DNA from: Octopus vulgaris
Taxonomy: Eukaryota
Assembly (NCBI GenBank): GCA_951406725.2
Contig: OX597830.1
Coordinates: forward strand, 9,424,001-9,488,000
DNA: 64,000 nt
Reading direction: 5' to 3'
A program made the position numbers and the translations under genes. Numbering within the stretch: position 1 is the first letter of the stretch; every line of letters starts with the position of its first letter. The notes under the pieces are model-generated. The model was not told where the DNA came from. It made no database searches and saw nothing but the letters and a program-made list of their open reading frames with translations. Positions 14,470 to 28,950 of this stretch are shown in pieces.

Positions 14470-15409
14470 TTTTCAAATCTTAACTTGTGCCGATAAAAAG
14501 TATGAAAAATATGCAAATCAGCAGAGAAAGAGGGAGAGCGTCCTCTCTAGAGAGAGAGAGGTAGAGGGAGAGAGAGAGGTAGAGAGAGAGAAAGAAAGAG
14601 AATGAGGGGGAGAGACAAAGAGAGGAAAGGAGAGATGGATTTTTGAAAGGCATAGACACATGTTAGAGACTGACAGGTAGATGTAGACTGACACACAGAC
14701 AGATAAAGTAAAAGAAATGCATAGAGAATAGAGACGAAGAGTTGGAGAGAGAGGCAGACTGACAGAGTAACAGATGTGAGGAGCTGATAGGACAGGCAGA
14801 GGGACAGGTGTGTCTAGAGTGTAAACAAACCGAAGGGCTGAGAGATAGAAAGATCAGAAGATAATAAGAAAGATAATAAAAGTGTTTGTGTGTTTGTGTC
14901 TGTGAGTGAGTGTGTGTGTGTGTGTGTGGGGGGAGAAAGTGTGTGTCGGAAAGTGTAAAATTTTGTACCATACATGCATACGCGCACACAGACACAAGTG
15001 TGCTTAAGTGTGTGTGTATACATACATACATGCATTATACATACATGCATAATACATACACAATACGCGCATGCATGCATACATACATACGTACGAGCAT
15101 ACATAGAAATATAATACATACATACATATGTACGTGCATACATTAAAACACATACAAACATACATACATACATATATACATACACAGATGCATAGTACAT
15201 GCAGGCGTACATATACACGTATATATGTACTACATACATAGATACATACATATATACATACATGCATACATATATAGAAACACACATATATACATATATA
15301 CAAACATACAGACAGACACACACACACACACTCACACTCACATACGTACGCAGACACGCGTAGACACACAAACATACATACATGTATATCTTATTTGAAA
15401 AACAAATCT

Positions 15410-15604
15410 TTCTTGTTTCAGTCATTGGACTGTGGCCATGCTGGGGCACTGCCACGAAGGGTTTAGTGGACCCCAATCCGGCGTTTGTCTAAGCTTAGTA
15501 CTTATTTTGCCTCTCTTTTCCTGAACAACTAAGTTACGGGAACGTAAACAAACCAGCACCGGCTGTCACGCACACACATACACACATACACACACATACA
15601 CTCA

Positions 15605-15645
<41 letters not shown>

Positions 15646-15810
15646 CTACATATATTCGATGGACTTCTTTCGGTTTCCGTCGACCAAATTCACTCACAAC
15701 GTTTCGGTCAGCTTGAGGCTATAGCAGACGGCACTTGCTCAAGGTGCCAAGCAGTGGGACTGAACCCGGAACCATGTGGTTGAGAAGCAAATTCCCTACC
15801 TTACCCTCAC
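15410..15810 (-). mobile_element. SINE family C copy
   Basis: Reverse complement matches both halves. Confidence 0.75.
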
Positions 15811-16399
15811 AAGTGATCGCACACAAACACATACACACAAAGACTAACACACGTTCAATGATACATCAATAAACGCTGGAAACCTTTACTAGAACCTCTA
15901 TGTGGTGGTCACAGCTGGAACGTCATTTAAAATTCGATGTAAAGATTTACCTGGAGCTAAAAATATCTAAACAACAAGAACAATATCGATGACGAAACCG
16001 ATTCAGCGACGGAGCCTTTATGTGGTCAGATGGCCTTCCAGAAATAGTAGCTACGCCTCCCTCAAATAGTACTATATCGTTTTAATTACAGGGATGATGG
16101 TCAACAAAAATCGGTGGGTGGAGTGGTAGCAAGCGTACTCCCTAAAGTTTTTCATGGGCACTGAACACCCACCTGAAAAAATTATGTTTGCACCCCTTAA
16201 GGAAAGTTTGTTTCTGCACTTATTGAACATTCCCTTTCTCTCATAATCTCTTTTTCTTTCTTTCTTTCTTTCTTTCTTTCTCGTTTTCTTTCGTTCTTTC
16301 ATTCATTCTATAGTTATTTATCTCGGAAGGGTCATTATGTCGATAATAAATACACGCGCTGGTAATATTTTACTATTTTATTTTTATTCATTTGTAGTA

Positions 16400-16574
16400 A
16401 GGCGACGAGCAGGCGGAATCGCTAGCACGTAGGAGAACATGCTTAGCAGTATTTCATCCGTCGCTACATTCTGAGTTCAAATTCCGCCGAGGTCGACTTT
16501 AATAAATTAAGTGAAACAATGTAATCGACACACCCCTCCCTCAAAATGGCTGCCCTTGTGGCAAAATTTGAAAC

Positions 16575-16575
<1 letters not shown>
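16400..16575 (+). mobile_element. SINE family B copy with a long (ATT)n tail (to ~16786)
   Basis: GGCGACGAGCAGGCGGAATC...GAGTTCAAATTCCGCCGAGGTCGAC. Confidence 0.8.
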
Positions 16576-16644
<69 letters not shown>

Positions 16645-16685
16645 GTTATTATTGTTAATATTATTATTATCATTATTATTATTAA

Positions 16686-16772
<87 letters not shown>

Positions 16773-17884
16773 TATTATTATTATTCAATTCGTCAACGTT
16801 TAACCAATTGACTAATCCATTGTCTAGTTAATCATTAAATCAGTCAATTAATTAGTCAGCTTGTTTAGTCAAAGTTCTTTCGTCGCCGTTCGCGACCGGC
16901 TGTTGTAACACCATTCCTTCAGCTAACCTCCCACTAATCGAATTCCCCCGACCAAGGTCAGCAGTTGGACTGTGTCCTAAGCTGACGATGGCTTCATATT
17001 CCAGCCCCAACCCATTTCATCAGTACTGACTGTCAATCTTACAGCAGATGATAAGTTTGCCTTAATCTCTTGACCAGTTCAGCAATATTTATAAAGGATC
17101 TGGGGCTTCATCAATACAATTTAATTCACTGTCTGTCTGTTTGTCAATCTGTCTGTCTATCTGACTGTCTCTACTTCTGTCTCTCTTTCTCTCTCTCTCT
17201 CTATTCTGTTATCTCTCTCTCACTCTATACATTCGACGAAGCTATAACATGATACATAAGCTCTGATCTATGAGTGCATTGCAGCTTGTTGCAGAAACAG
17301 CTGTAAGCTAATGAAATTCATTACATAATTTCTTGTTCTCTTGTCTTTAATATAATCTCTTATCACACTCTGTATTCAACTAATTCCTTTCTCTGAAGCA
17401 TGTGTGTATTGAGTTCTAACACTAGTTTATTAGCATTACTATGCCCAAGCAACACACACACACACAGCCCCCACTACGCATATATGGGAGAAAAGGTTGA
17501 TGGTGATGAGGGTGGGTAGTCTAACGAATGCGAGCAAGCCGAAGCTTCGAAGTCACTGACAGTTTTTCTTTGTAGAAAATTCAATATGTACTCCATTGCG
17601 TAAAGTAGCTTTAATCTGAAATTCTTTATATATATATATATGATAGATCGCTAGCCACTACACATTCTTTGTTTTCTCTCTTTATTTTCTCTCCTTGTTT
17701 CTTTCTGTGTTCCTTGTTGTGAAAGAGCGTAGGCTCGAAACGTTAAAGACTTTTTCACTTCTCGAGCGTTAAACTAATGCATCAGTTTGTTGTCTACAAC
17801 ACCTGTCTACGTCTTTTGTTTTTTTTTTTTGTGAATTCTCCGTGTATATATATATATATATATATTATATACACATACACGTAT

Positions 17885-18135
17885 AGGTAAAGGGTAAAGT
17901 TACCGTCTCCAGTTCTACCGACTCATAAGGTTTCCTGGTTTCAATGGTGTATATATTCTCCACTGGACGGGACGCCAGTCCCTCTCAGGGCTAACTCCTT
18001 TTTGCCGGCTGAGTGGACTTGAGCAACATGAAAGGAAGTGTTTTGCTCAAGAACACAACGCGTCGATCGGTCCAGGAATTGAAACCACAATCTTACGATC
18101 ATGAATCCAACACCCTAACCACTATGCCGCACACC
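17885..18135 (-). mobile_element. SINE family D copy
   Basis: Reverse complement of a tRNA-like head plus GTTGTGTTCTTGAGCAAAACAC...GTTGCTCAAGTCCACTCAGC. Confidence 0.75.
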
Positions 18136-18561
18136 TCAACACACACACATGAACGATATATGTGATACGACATTGCAAGACGTGTACGCACGAGGGCGTT
18201 ACTAGGTTTAATGTAACAGGCTTAAACAATTGTAATTAAAATCTGCAATTCGATCATCAATTTTAAGGAATTAGAATATATTGTCTTAATTATTTTTATG
18301 CGTACTTTACTAATAAGTTTTGATGCAGCTGAGATCCTGGGTATTTGTAGTCACACATTCAATGCTGGGCATGTGTAGTTCTATATTTAAGAAATGAGGA
18401 ATTATTTACATTATTTACATTATTTACATTTGACGGATATTTGTCCTCATCTTCTTTGTCACCCTTCAGCAGGGGAAATTTCAAATCTGGGTTCTCATTC
18501 CTAAGGTATTTTTCAATGTTATTACAAAACCCTTAGTAACTTTCGTCCTGTATTTTGTCCC

Positions 18562-18632
<71 letters not shown>

Positions 18633-18994
18633 GGTTAGCATGTCATACAACTTCAGGATTCCTGTTCTCGAGCGAAACACTTCATCTTACGTTGTTTCAC
18701 GATTACTTGAACACCTGACGTGTGGCACACCTGTGTACCTGTAGAAGTAAAGTCGATTTGATAGAGGAAGTGAATATTTGATTCCTATTAGCACATTCTC
18801 TGCGCAGGTTGTTCATCAAGGAAATTCGAAACGCTCATTTACGTCTACGACAGGAGAGTCCGTTCTCTTTCTCTGCCTCACTCCCCCCGCTCTGTGTGTG
18901 TGTGTGTGTGTATGTATATACTCACATGTACAGACATACACTGATGTATTTCTGCACACACACACACATATGCATAGGCATACACGTAATTGAT

Positions 18995-19362
18995 ACATGT
19001 ACGACGGCGAGTGTTCCAGCTGATCCGATCAATGGAACAGCCAGCTCGTGAAATTAACGTGCAAGTGGCTGAGCACTCCACAGACACGTGTGCCCTTAAT
19101 GTAGTTCTCGAGGAGATTCAGCGTGACACAGAGTGTGACAAGGCTGGCCCCTTTGAATTACAGGTACAACAGAAACAGGAAGAAAGAGTTAGAGAAAGTT
19201 GTGGTGAAAGCATATCAGTGTTCGCCCCCTCCCCTGCCGGAGCTTCGTGGAGCTTTTAGGTGTTTTCGCTCAATAAACACTCACAACGCCCGGTCTGGGA
19301 ATCGAAACCGCGATCTCCCGACCGCAAATCCACTGCTCTAACCACTGGGCCATTGTACCTCC
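18995..19362 (-). mobile_element. SINE family A copy with a family-D-type 3' part
   Basis: Family A head at ~19220-19362; the 3' part at 19000-19165 matches the tail of the element at 19812-19965. Confidence 0.85.
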
Positions 19363-19516
19363 ACATACGGATAATACACAGAGACAATCTATCTTTACGC
19401 GTAACAACTCATATATGCGTACGTGTGTGTGTCTGCATGAACAGCATATTGCATACTCATCCGTACACATACAAACACTCACCAGGTCTTATAGCTAAAC
19501 ATCGCAAAGAGTGAGA

Positions 19517-19568
<52 letters not shown>

Positions 19569-19670
19569 GAGAGAGACGGACAGAAACATATTTCAGGGCA
19601 TAGACATGTGCTGAGATGTGCTGTTGTTCACCGTCTTCGAGTTCAGAAGTCGACGCTTCATCTGGCAGTG

Positions 19671-19970
19671 AAGGCACACGGCTCAGTGGTTAGGATTTTA
19701 GGCTCACAATCGTAAGGTCACGAGTTCAATTCGCGGCGGCGCATTGTGTCCTTGTTCAAGACACTTTATTTCACGTTGCTCCAGCCCACTCAGCTGGCAA
19801 AGAATGATTCGTACCTGTATTTCAAAGGGCCAGCCTTGTCACACTCTATGTCACGCTGAATCTCCCTGAGAACTACGTTGAGGGTACAAGTTTCTGTAGA
19901 GTGCTCGGCCACTTGAATGCTAATTTCACGAGCATGCTGTTCCATTGATCGGATCAACTGGGACCAAAAG
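19671..19970 (+). mobile_element. tRNA-derived SINE family D
   Basis: Box A CGGCTCAGTGG and box B GAGTTCAATTC, followed by TTGTGTCCTTGTTCAAGACACTTTATTTCACGTTGCTCCAG. Related copies at ~17885-18135(-), 21110-21260(+), 36960-37226(-) and 37260-37470(-). Confidence 0.8.
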
Positions 19971-20856
19971 AGTGCCTATTTCGGCCACGTCCACCACAGC
20001 ACCAGACTGTCTGGGACCACCCACCAATGAGAACGACGAAACCTCTGCGCATTCCTTAACTCATATAAGACCTACATAATATTCCAACCCTTTCAGTTTC
20101 CTTCTCCTAAATATTCCCCTTTCTTTCTATGTATCCACTTTGGATCCTTATAATTTCGGGGAATTCCTTTCATATATGCCATGTATTATGTTATTATTCA
20201 GTTTTTTTCAAGATTTCTTGCCAATGGAGAAAGTGTCGATTTCTAACCTAGATCGAAGGCTTGCATTGAAATTTCCACAACCGCAGCAGGATATTTGTGC
20301 ATGTCTGTGTGTATGTGTGCAGTATTTGTAGTCGGTGCATGTGCAGATTTATATGTTTTGTTTTATGTATGGATTCTCAAGCATGCACTTGCACGGCTGG
20401 ACGCACGGCTTGGCGCGCACGTGTATGCTTAAACGCTAGACTTCTGCAAAGTTTTGCAAATTTTTATAGTCTTATTGATTGCTCGAATCTCTAAGCTTTC
20501 AATTAGCTTCCTCCTTTCTAGTTTTGAGAAGCTTAATTTCTCAAAACTGGTGCTTAGTCAGTTGGTCACATATTGCAGTGCCTCAACAATTACAGAAACT
20601 TGAATTTGTAAACCTGAACTTGTTACCCGGATAGAGTAACTGTAAATTGCTCAATAATTTCGCAAACGTGTTTTTCGTTTTCGCTTGTCTGTAGCTTTAG
20701 ATTAACATACGCTGGGCAGCTGATTTCCACTACTGTATATAGCTTCTTTCTACTGTCTCTCTGCCTGTCTGCTTGTCTGTCTTTCTGTCTGTGTCTGTCT
20801 ATCTATCTGTTTTTGTCTTCCTGTTTATATGCATATGTGTGTTTGTGTGTATGCAC

Positions 20857-20906
<50 letters not shown>

Positions 20907-21558
20907 GCATAATAATACTCTCACACATATAAAGATGAAATTATACTTTTCTTCTGGAGGTTAAAAAATGTAGTACGAGTAAAATAATCGGGCCTATGTA
21001 TTAGTCACCCTGTCTGTCTGTCTGTCCTGTCTGTCACGCTCTTTGTCTCTCTCCATCTCCCTATCTCACTCTAAATGTGTGTGTGTGTATATTATATATA
21101 CACGCATATGAAGCACTATGGTGTTAACTTTTAGGGTGTTGCTTGTGGTTTCGATTCGCAGGCCTGGGATGCGATGTAGTCTTGAGCAAAATACTGCCTT
21201 TCGCGTTGCTCCAGTCCGTCCTCTCGGCTGTGAACAAGTAATCCTACGATAGATTGGCAGAGAAAATGCTTTTATATCGATCATTCATGCGCCGTGGAGG
21301 CCGAGTGACTGGTTCTCTGAGCCTTGGTAGAGTAATAATATAGCTGTCGTGTGTGTGTGTGTGTGTATGTGTGTAACTTCACATATATGTATCTGTATGT
21401 CAGCTCCTTTAGCTTTGAGGACCCCACTTCCAACCGGAACCCCAAAAGTTGTTTTGCTCCGCCTTGTAAAACTTATCTCGCAGACCCTAAATATATGACA
21501 TATACTTTTATTAGTACGTGTGTATGCCTCTACGTAAGTGCATATGTGTGTATGTGTG

Positions 21559-21619
<61 letters not shown>

Positions 21620-23269
21620 GTAGGTCCCGGGTTGAGTCGGGGTTAACCACAGTAAATAAGGTACTCAATCCTTCTATATAATAAATATATATATACATAT
21701 ATATATTTATACACACACACAGATATATATGTCTGTGTGTGTATGTTTGTATGCGTCTGTGTGCATGTGTTTGCGACAGTATATGTAAACATATACATTT
21801 ATAGCATATACATATTCATATACATATACATCTATCTGTCTGTCTGTCAGTTCGTCCGTGCGTGTGCGTGTGTGTGCGTGTATGTGTGCGTGTATAACGA
21901 CTGTTTCTGTTCTTAATTTTCTGAATTCAAGTCCCTTGTTTGGTATTTATTACGCTCGAATTACACAGACACTCCCTTGCTACTCTGGCTTTTATAAATA
22001 TACTGAAACAATGAATAGCTCTCCTTTGGGACATTATAGGTATCGACGCTATTGTTCACGATAGCCCATATGCAATTAACTAAACAAGTCATACAGCCGT
22101 TGAGTTAAACAAAAGTGATAATTGCGTCTCCAAGACTAAAAAGAGTAAAATAGATCAAATCTTAGACATTTAATCCAAGGCGATTATTGCTGTGGATTGG
22201 ATGCTAATCTGTTGCAGACAACATCACTAAATGATGTAGAAACCTACATTCTATGCAACTGAGAGAACTGGAAGCAGGTTACTTCGCTAAATCTATGACA
22301 ATACCGGCAGATTCATACAGCTAATACAGATTTTCCAAAATCTTTTGCTATCAAGAACTCGCTTTATATTAAACCAATTTCTTCGTGGACCCCAGGCTTT
22401 TAAAATGCCTGTCGACTTTATTAGTTAGCAAGCTCGTTTTTTCAATCGAATCTTTATTCAATCGGAAGCTATAATCAATTGAATAATTATATATAACTGA
22501 GTCTCGTATATTGCGGCATGGCAGACGCTGCATCGTGGACGCCGAACCCTGATTTTGGAAATGTAATTCTGAAGACAGGATATTTTATATTTATAAAAAC
22601 CCCTATTTACATGAACGGGCAACTCTCAGCGCTTGTTATCAGATAAAGTTTGCAGGCAAACCAGCGGATTACTTATGTGAAACCATCCGACAATGGCCAC
22701 CCACTGGGTGGCTTACTACCGGGTATTTTTTATTGTAGTACACAACACTGTGTCTTAGCTTTAACTGTCCTGCAATCATTCAAACTATATCGTGATCATG
22801 CCTTCCCACAATGGTGACCACCTACCAGCTCTCGGTACCCGAGTACAAAACCATAGAGATAACTACTCAACTAGCATCGTGAAAGATTCATGGTCATATT
22901 CAAAGCGATTTCTTTTTTACAAAACAGTGCGTCTTCCGAACCGCAAATATCGTAATTATGTGCTTTAAACTACAGCCTTTTAATGTTTTGTACACAACTC
23001 ACGGACCTTAAAAACTACCTCTGTGAACCAACATGAATTTGTGGACATTAGGCTGGTAACCGCTGATCTAATATAACAAAATATATATATTTATTCCAAG
23101 TGACATTCATTTAATTGTGTTTAGCTTCAGTAGATCGATGTCGTGCAGAGGCACCACCTCCAAGAGCTTTTCGTGGAACAGTCCATTCGCAACGAATCCA
23201 GTCTTTATCGATATCTTCTTAACGCTCCGCTCATTTACACGTAATAAACAACACAATGTTTTATCGTTG

Positions 23270-23700
23270 TTGGTGTTGTTTATGCAACGTTTCCTCTGGA
23301 ATAATGTCATTCCCAGACACTGCACGGGACCCAGAGTAAATGATACTCTTCAGCTCTTTCGCAGCTCATCTAATAGAAGGTAACTCTATGCAAATCCCTT
23401 AACCTTATAACGCCTGGGTTTGCGTCACTTATTGCAAAAGAGCCAATACAAGCCGGAAGGATGAGAAAGTGGGACTGGTTTTGTATAAACTATGGCCTTG
23501 ATAATTATAAATTCCAGCGACCTTGTGGAATAATTTATTGAGCGTTAAGGGAAGAAACTCTAGAGGGGTAGACCCAAAAGGATATGTGTACAGATACACT
23601 TAACCAATATCTGGCGTCCTCTGCAGCCCTCACAGATGCTGCCAACAAATTGACTTATATTTCCTTCATGGCGTATTCCTGAGAGGAGGCGTGGTAAGAG
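23270..23700 (+). mobile_element. Possible RTE-clade LINE 3' remnant
   Basis: Translation near 23565 gives RGRPKRIC-TD, resembling the RTE C-terminal RGRPKxTWxD motif. Heavily decayed. Confidence 0.35.
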
Positions 23701-23859
23701 TACATGGGGCTAAATCTTCTTTCTAGACACTTCCTAGATCCAGAAGAGATGGTTAAGTTAGTGCCTCTGAAATACAGTCGACCAACGACGAAATAATGCC
23801 AACCAATTCTGTAACGTATATGCGCGCCTACATCTCTCTTTGTCTTCCTCCCTTAGGGC

Positions 23860-23944
<85 letters not shown>

Positions 23945-24028
23945 ATCTATCTGCCTGTCTGTCTATCCCGTTCTTTATCTGTATAAATATATATATATGT
24001 GTATACACACATATATAATACTAGAGGT

Positions 24029-24062
<34 letters not shown>

Positions 24063-24145
24063 GAAATACAATATACACGTATATGTGTCATCATCATTAT
24101 TATTATTACTATTATTACTATTACTATTATTATTATTACTATTAC

Positions 24146-24189
<44 letters not shown>

Positions 24190-24665
24190 GAAGGCTGTGA
24201 GCTGGCAGAATCGTCAGCACGTTGCACAAATTGCTTAGCAGCATTTCGCCCGTCGATGCGTTCCTAGTTCAAATTCCACCGTGGTCGACTTTGCTCTCAT
24301 CCATTCGGGGTCGATAATTTAAGTACCAGTCAAACACTGAGCTCGATGTAATCGACTAGTCCCCTCCCCCACAAAATATCAAGCACTGTGCCTTTAGTAC
24401 AAAGGATTATTATTGTTATTATTAAGGGTGGGGACAAAGTTGCGAGCTGGCAGAACTGTTAGTATGTCGGGTACAATGCTTCGTGGTATTTCGTTTGTCT
24501 TTACGTTCTGAGTTCATATGTCGCCGTCGTCGACTTTGCCGCTCATCTACACGAAGAGTAGATCAAATCACTACTAGTTATTTCATCTACTCAGAATAAT
24601 GCGGTTGATGTACCCGACTATCCCCCAACCACCCCAGTTTCAGGCTTTATGCTTAACGTAGAAAG
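24190..24665 (+). mobile_element. Two tandem SINE family B copies separated by ATT repeats
   Basis: GAGCTGGCAGAA heads at ~24198 and ~24444. Confidence 0.8.
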
Positions 24666-25084
24666 AAATATTATTGTTATTGTTGCGAAAAATCTGTAGT
24701 GGAAACATGCCCGAACATCTAAGACTATTTGGATCCAAAACAACCCATAAAAAAACCCTAAGAAACAACAAACAATAAGATAATATCTCTGAATCTAAGA
24801 TACTGGAATCGCTCGGCGTTTATCATACCACGTGACATAACACATGACATAATATTTGTCAAACTATTAGACGGGGAGTCAGGCAGTATACTGCAGTAAT
24901 TTCCTTCTCAATTCAACGAAAAACCGCCATATTTGAATCTATAAGCAGCAGCCAGGAACTTTTGCTGATCAACCAGGGAGACACGTGTTAATTCTACAAC
25001 CGTTGGGAAAATCATTAGTTGTGAAAGTTGAACCAACTGTTTGATTGCCTGTCTATTTAATTCTCAGCATACTAATGAGATGCT

Positions 25085-25161
<77 letters not shown>

Positions 25162-25178
25162 GCACTTATATATATATA

Positions 25179-25259
<81 letters not shown>

Positions 25260-25268
25260 AAGTATATA

Positions 25269-25575
<307 letters not shown>

Positions 25576-26244
25576 TATACATATGCGTATATATATGTAT
25601 ATATATATACATACATATATATATACATTGATACACATACTCATATATACACGCACACATATATATACACATACATATATCATAGAGCTTAAAACTTTAT
25701 AGAATTGAAATTACGTATGAGAAATATACTGTATATACATACAATCATACAAACATACATATACACACATGCATACATACACATGCATATATATATGATA
25801 TACATATATATATATATACATACACATATGTATATGCATGTATACATTCACATATATGTCGGTATATGAACTTAATAACACTCAGCAGATCGTCATTTTG
25901 TAATTAAATAACTTGCGTGCAGTTTTAATTAATCTGCTAATTAACTGCTCCCATCATTAGGTCTTAATGAACCCACTTCTGATTGTGGTCCCTTGAAAAC
26001 ATACTTCCTGTATGCACACATGGCGTCCATGCAATCCGCCATCACTGCTTATAACACACACACACACACAGTGGCTGAGATACACAGATACAAGTACGCA
26101 CGTTATACATAGACATATACATAAATACATGCGCATATACGGAAGCACACAACCATATGCATACACATACATAACAACACGCATATACAAGCCGATAGTA
26201 TAGGTACATATATACATACATACATGCATATGTATTCTTACATC

Positions 26245-26275
<31 letters not shown>

Positions 26276-26319
26276 TGTATGTATGTATGTATGTATGTAT
26301 ATATATATATATATATATA

Positions 26320-26450
26320 CAGGGTGTCCCCCAAAAATGTATACACACCTTAAATAATAGTAAATTTGTTATTCTTTGTAAGCCTAGTACTTATTCTATC
26401 GTTCTCTTTTGCCGAACCACTATCTGTATACATTTTTTTGGAACACCCTG
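26320..26450. mobile_element. Tc1/pogo-type MITE (131 bp) inserted in a (TA)n tract
   Basis: ~26-bp TIRs CAGGGTGTCCCCCAAAAATGTATACA and TGTATACATTTTTTTGGAACACCCTG, with TA on both flanks. Confidence 0.85.
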
Positions 26451-26470
26451 TATATATATATATATGTATC

Positions 26471-26505
<35 letters not shown>

Positions 26506-26672
26506 ATGTATGTGTATACAGACACATTCGCAATAACACACACACAAGTACACATATAGACTCACACACACATACGTTTCGGAATGTATTATATAAATTT
26601 TAGTATTTGCAACTCAGCGACTGTAGTAGCAGCTCAAGTGTGAATACTACACATTTCTTATCATTGTCTTGC

Positions 26673-26739
<67 letters not shown>

Positions 26740-26773
26740 CCCCCTCTCTCTCTATCTATCTCTCTCTCTCTCG

Positions 26774-26804
<31 letters not shown>

Positions 26805-27082
26805 CATCGGACTGCTCTCCAGGTGTATGAGCTAACACGTCAATCCTCAATATCCCTGGACCCCTCACTAAAAAAACAACAACAACAAACAAACTGAAAA
26901 CTCATGCTTTCACCACATCGCCTGTTCACCCTATTCGACTCTATTAATACTTGAGTGTTCAAAACTTTATTGAAAACCATTATTTTCCATTGAAAGCTTA
27001 CCTTTTCGTTACTGTATTTCTTCCTAAAATATCCCACCACGACCACCACCATCCACCCACTGTATGTCGCAATTAAATTCTG

Positions 27083-28304
27083 CTAGGCTGGAATAAAAGT
27101 CCTGCCGAAATTAATGATGGGAAATAAAAAAACCCACCCATCTTTGGTCTTAATTGATATGTTCAATCAAGATATTATTTTTATTTCGCTTCACTATCGA
27201 TGACATCTATTTGATAAATCGTTGATTTTCCGGGCTTAGAATTCTGTCGGTTTCGAAGTAAAGAAACAGTCAATATTACTTTTAATGCCTTCATAATTAA
27301 TGACCTACATTCCTTCTAAATAAAGTTGCAATGATCTGGAAAGATAGTCGTCTGATGAAGGAAAGTCTGGAGAGTAAGGAGGTCAGAGCCCAACTTCCGT
27401 ATTAATCTTTTCCTGAGTCAATATGTGTCTTACATTAACGAGTGAGAGCAACACAATTTTCCAAAACACCGATGGATGCTCACTTTTTCTGCAAATTTTT
27501 GTGCCATGCTTCGAAGAGACGACAATACTTCTCTACATTAACTGCTTCGTTTTGATCTAGCACTTCATGACAGACGACACTTTTCACATCCCAGCAAACG
27601 TAGAGCATAACTTTATTTTTTATGTGTAGTCATGCTTTGGGCGGCGTGGATTCTCCTGTATTGCGAGCTAAACCATTGTGGTTTCGGTTGGGCATGGTTA
27701 TAGAAAATCCGCTTCACATCTTTTGCGATGATTTGTATCCAGAATAAGTTCAATGACAAACAGGGGGCAACTTTTTTCATTAAACTGAGAAGCAGTTAGT
27801 TGATGAATGATCCATTGACAAAGTTTAGACTTTTCGTAGCTCACGAAAATGCTTTATGATCGAAGTGTGACTTGAATTGAACCGATCTGATATTTCCTGT
27901 ACCGTTTGCTATGGATTTTCCTCGACTACGGTTTTCAGATATCTCCATATTGTGAGAACTTGGTAGACAGAAAAATTTCCAGGGAGAAACTGACCAAACC
28001 ATCGCCGGCATCTCCGCATACTAAAAGCTTCGTTTCCATAGACAAAACGAATATTTCTTGCCGCTTCCATTACTGAAGTGTCCTTTTGAATTCATTCAGT
28101 AAGCTGTGTCATTTATGGGTTTGATATAAATTCATTTTAAACGGGTAAAATCAATACGAATTGAACCACAACACTATAAAGTAATCTGCGTAGAGAGAAA
28201 GAAAAAGAACGGTTAGAAGGTAAAAATTAATGCTTATTTTATCGCAAGTATTGATAAAGTACCTTCAAATTAATAAAATGTGACAGGACTTTTTCCCAAC
28301 CTAA
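27083..28304 (-). mobile_element. Old full-length mariner transposon remnant (pseudogenised transposase)
   Basis: TIR pair CTAGGCTGGAATAAAAGTCCTGCC (27083) and reverse complement TTAGGTTGGGAAAAAGTCCTGTC (ending 28304, followed by TA). Minus-strand translation gives IIAKDVKRIFYN (IVTGDEKW-like), KVMLYVCWDVKSVVCHEVLDQNEAVNVEKYC and PPYSPDFPSSDDYL, broken by stops and frameshifts. Length ~1.2 kb. Confidence 0.88.
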
Positions 28305-28734
28305 TAAAATAAACATATGTTTAACCGGGTTTCATAAAACAGCTATAACTAATTTATAACTATTTATTGATATGCTAAAGTGCTGTTTCGCACACAACTT
28401 CAGAGAAGGACTGTGCATACATCTGTTACAGAATTTCGCTCTTAAATCTTCTCTTATTACAAGTGGGTACATATAGAATATTAATGTAAAGCTAATATTA
28501 TTTAAATATCGCCATATAAAATTAAATATAAATTGTATTATTTTCTATCATACCATATATCTTATCATATAGCTTATTAAATTCCCATTATTATATTTAT
28601 GGCATTGGTGCTCTAAATTAGTCTAGTTTTTCCTTCATTTTATTTTAAAATTTTACAAAGTGATTCGATCCCGTCATTATTATATGGAACATCTGGACTG
28701 GAATAATCAAATGTAAATAGTCAATAGCTTTATA

Positions 28735-28950
28735 TCCGTTTCTACTGTAGGCATAAGACCCGAAATTTTTGGGGAGGGGGGCAGTCGATTAGATCGACCC
28801 CAGTACGCAACTGGTACTTAATTTATCGACGCCGAAAGGATGAAAGGTAAAGTCGACCTCAGCGGAATTTGAACTCAGAACGTAAAGACAGACGAAACAC
28901 CGCTAAGCATTTCGTCCGGCGTGCTAACATTTCTGCCAGTTCGCCGCCTT
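28735..28950 (-). mobile_element. SINE family B copy
   Basis: Reverse-complement full-length match. Confidence 0.85.

Noticed and set aside
27351-27400. CTGATGA hammerhead core
   Set aside because: No stem II closed by GAAA; it is the antisense of the mariner YSPD..SD motif.
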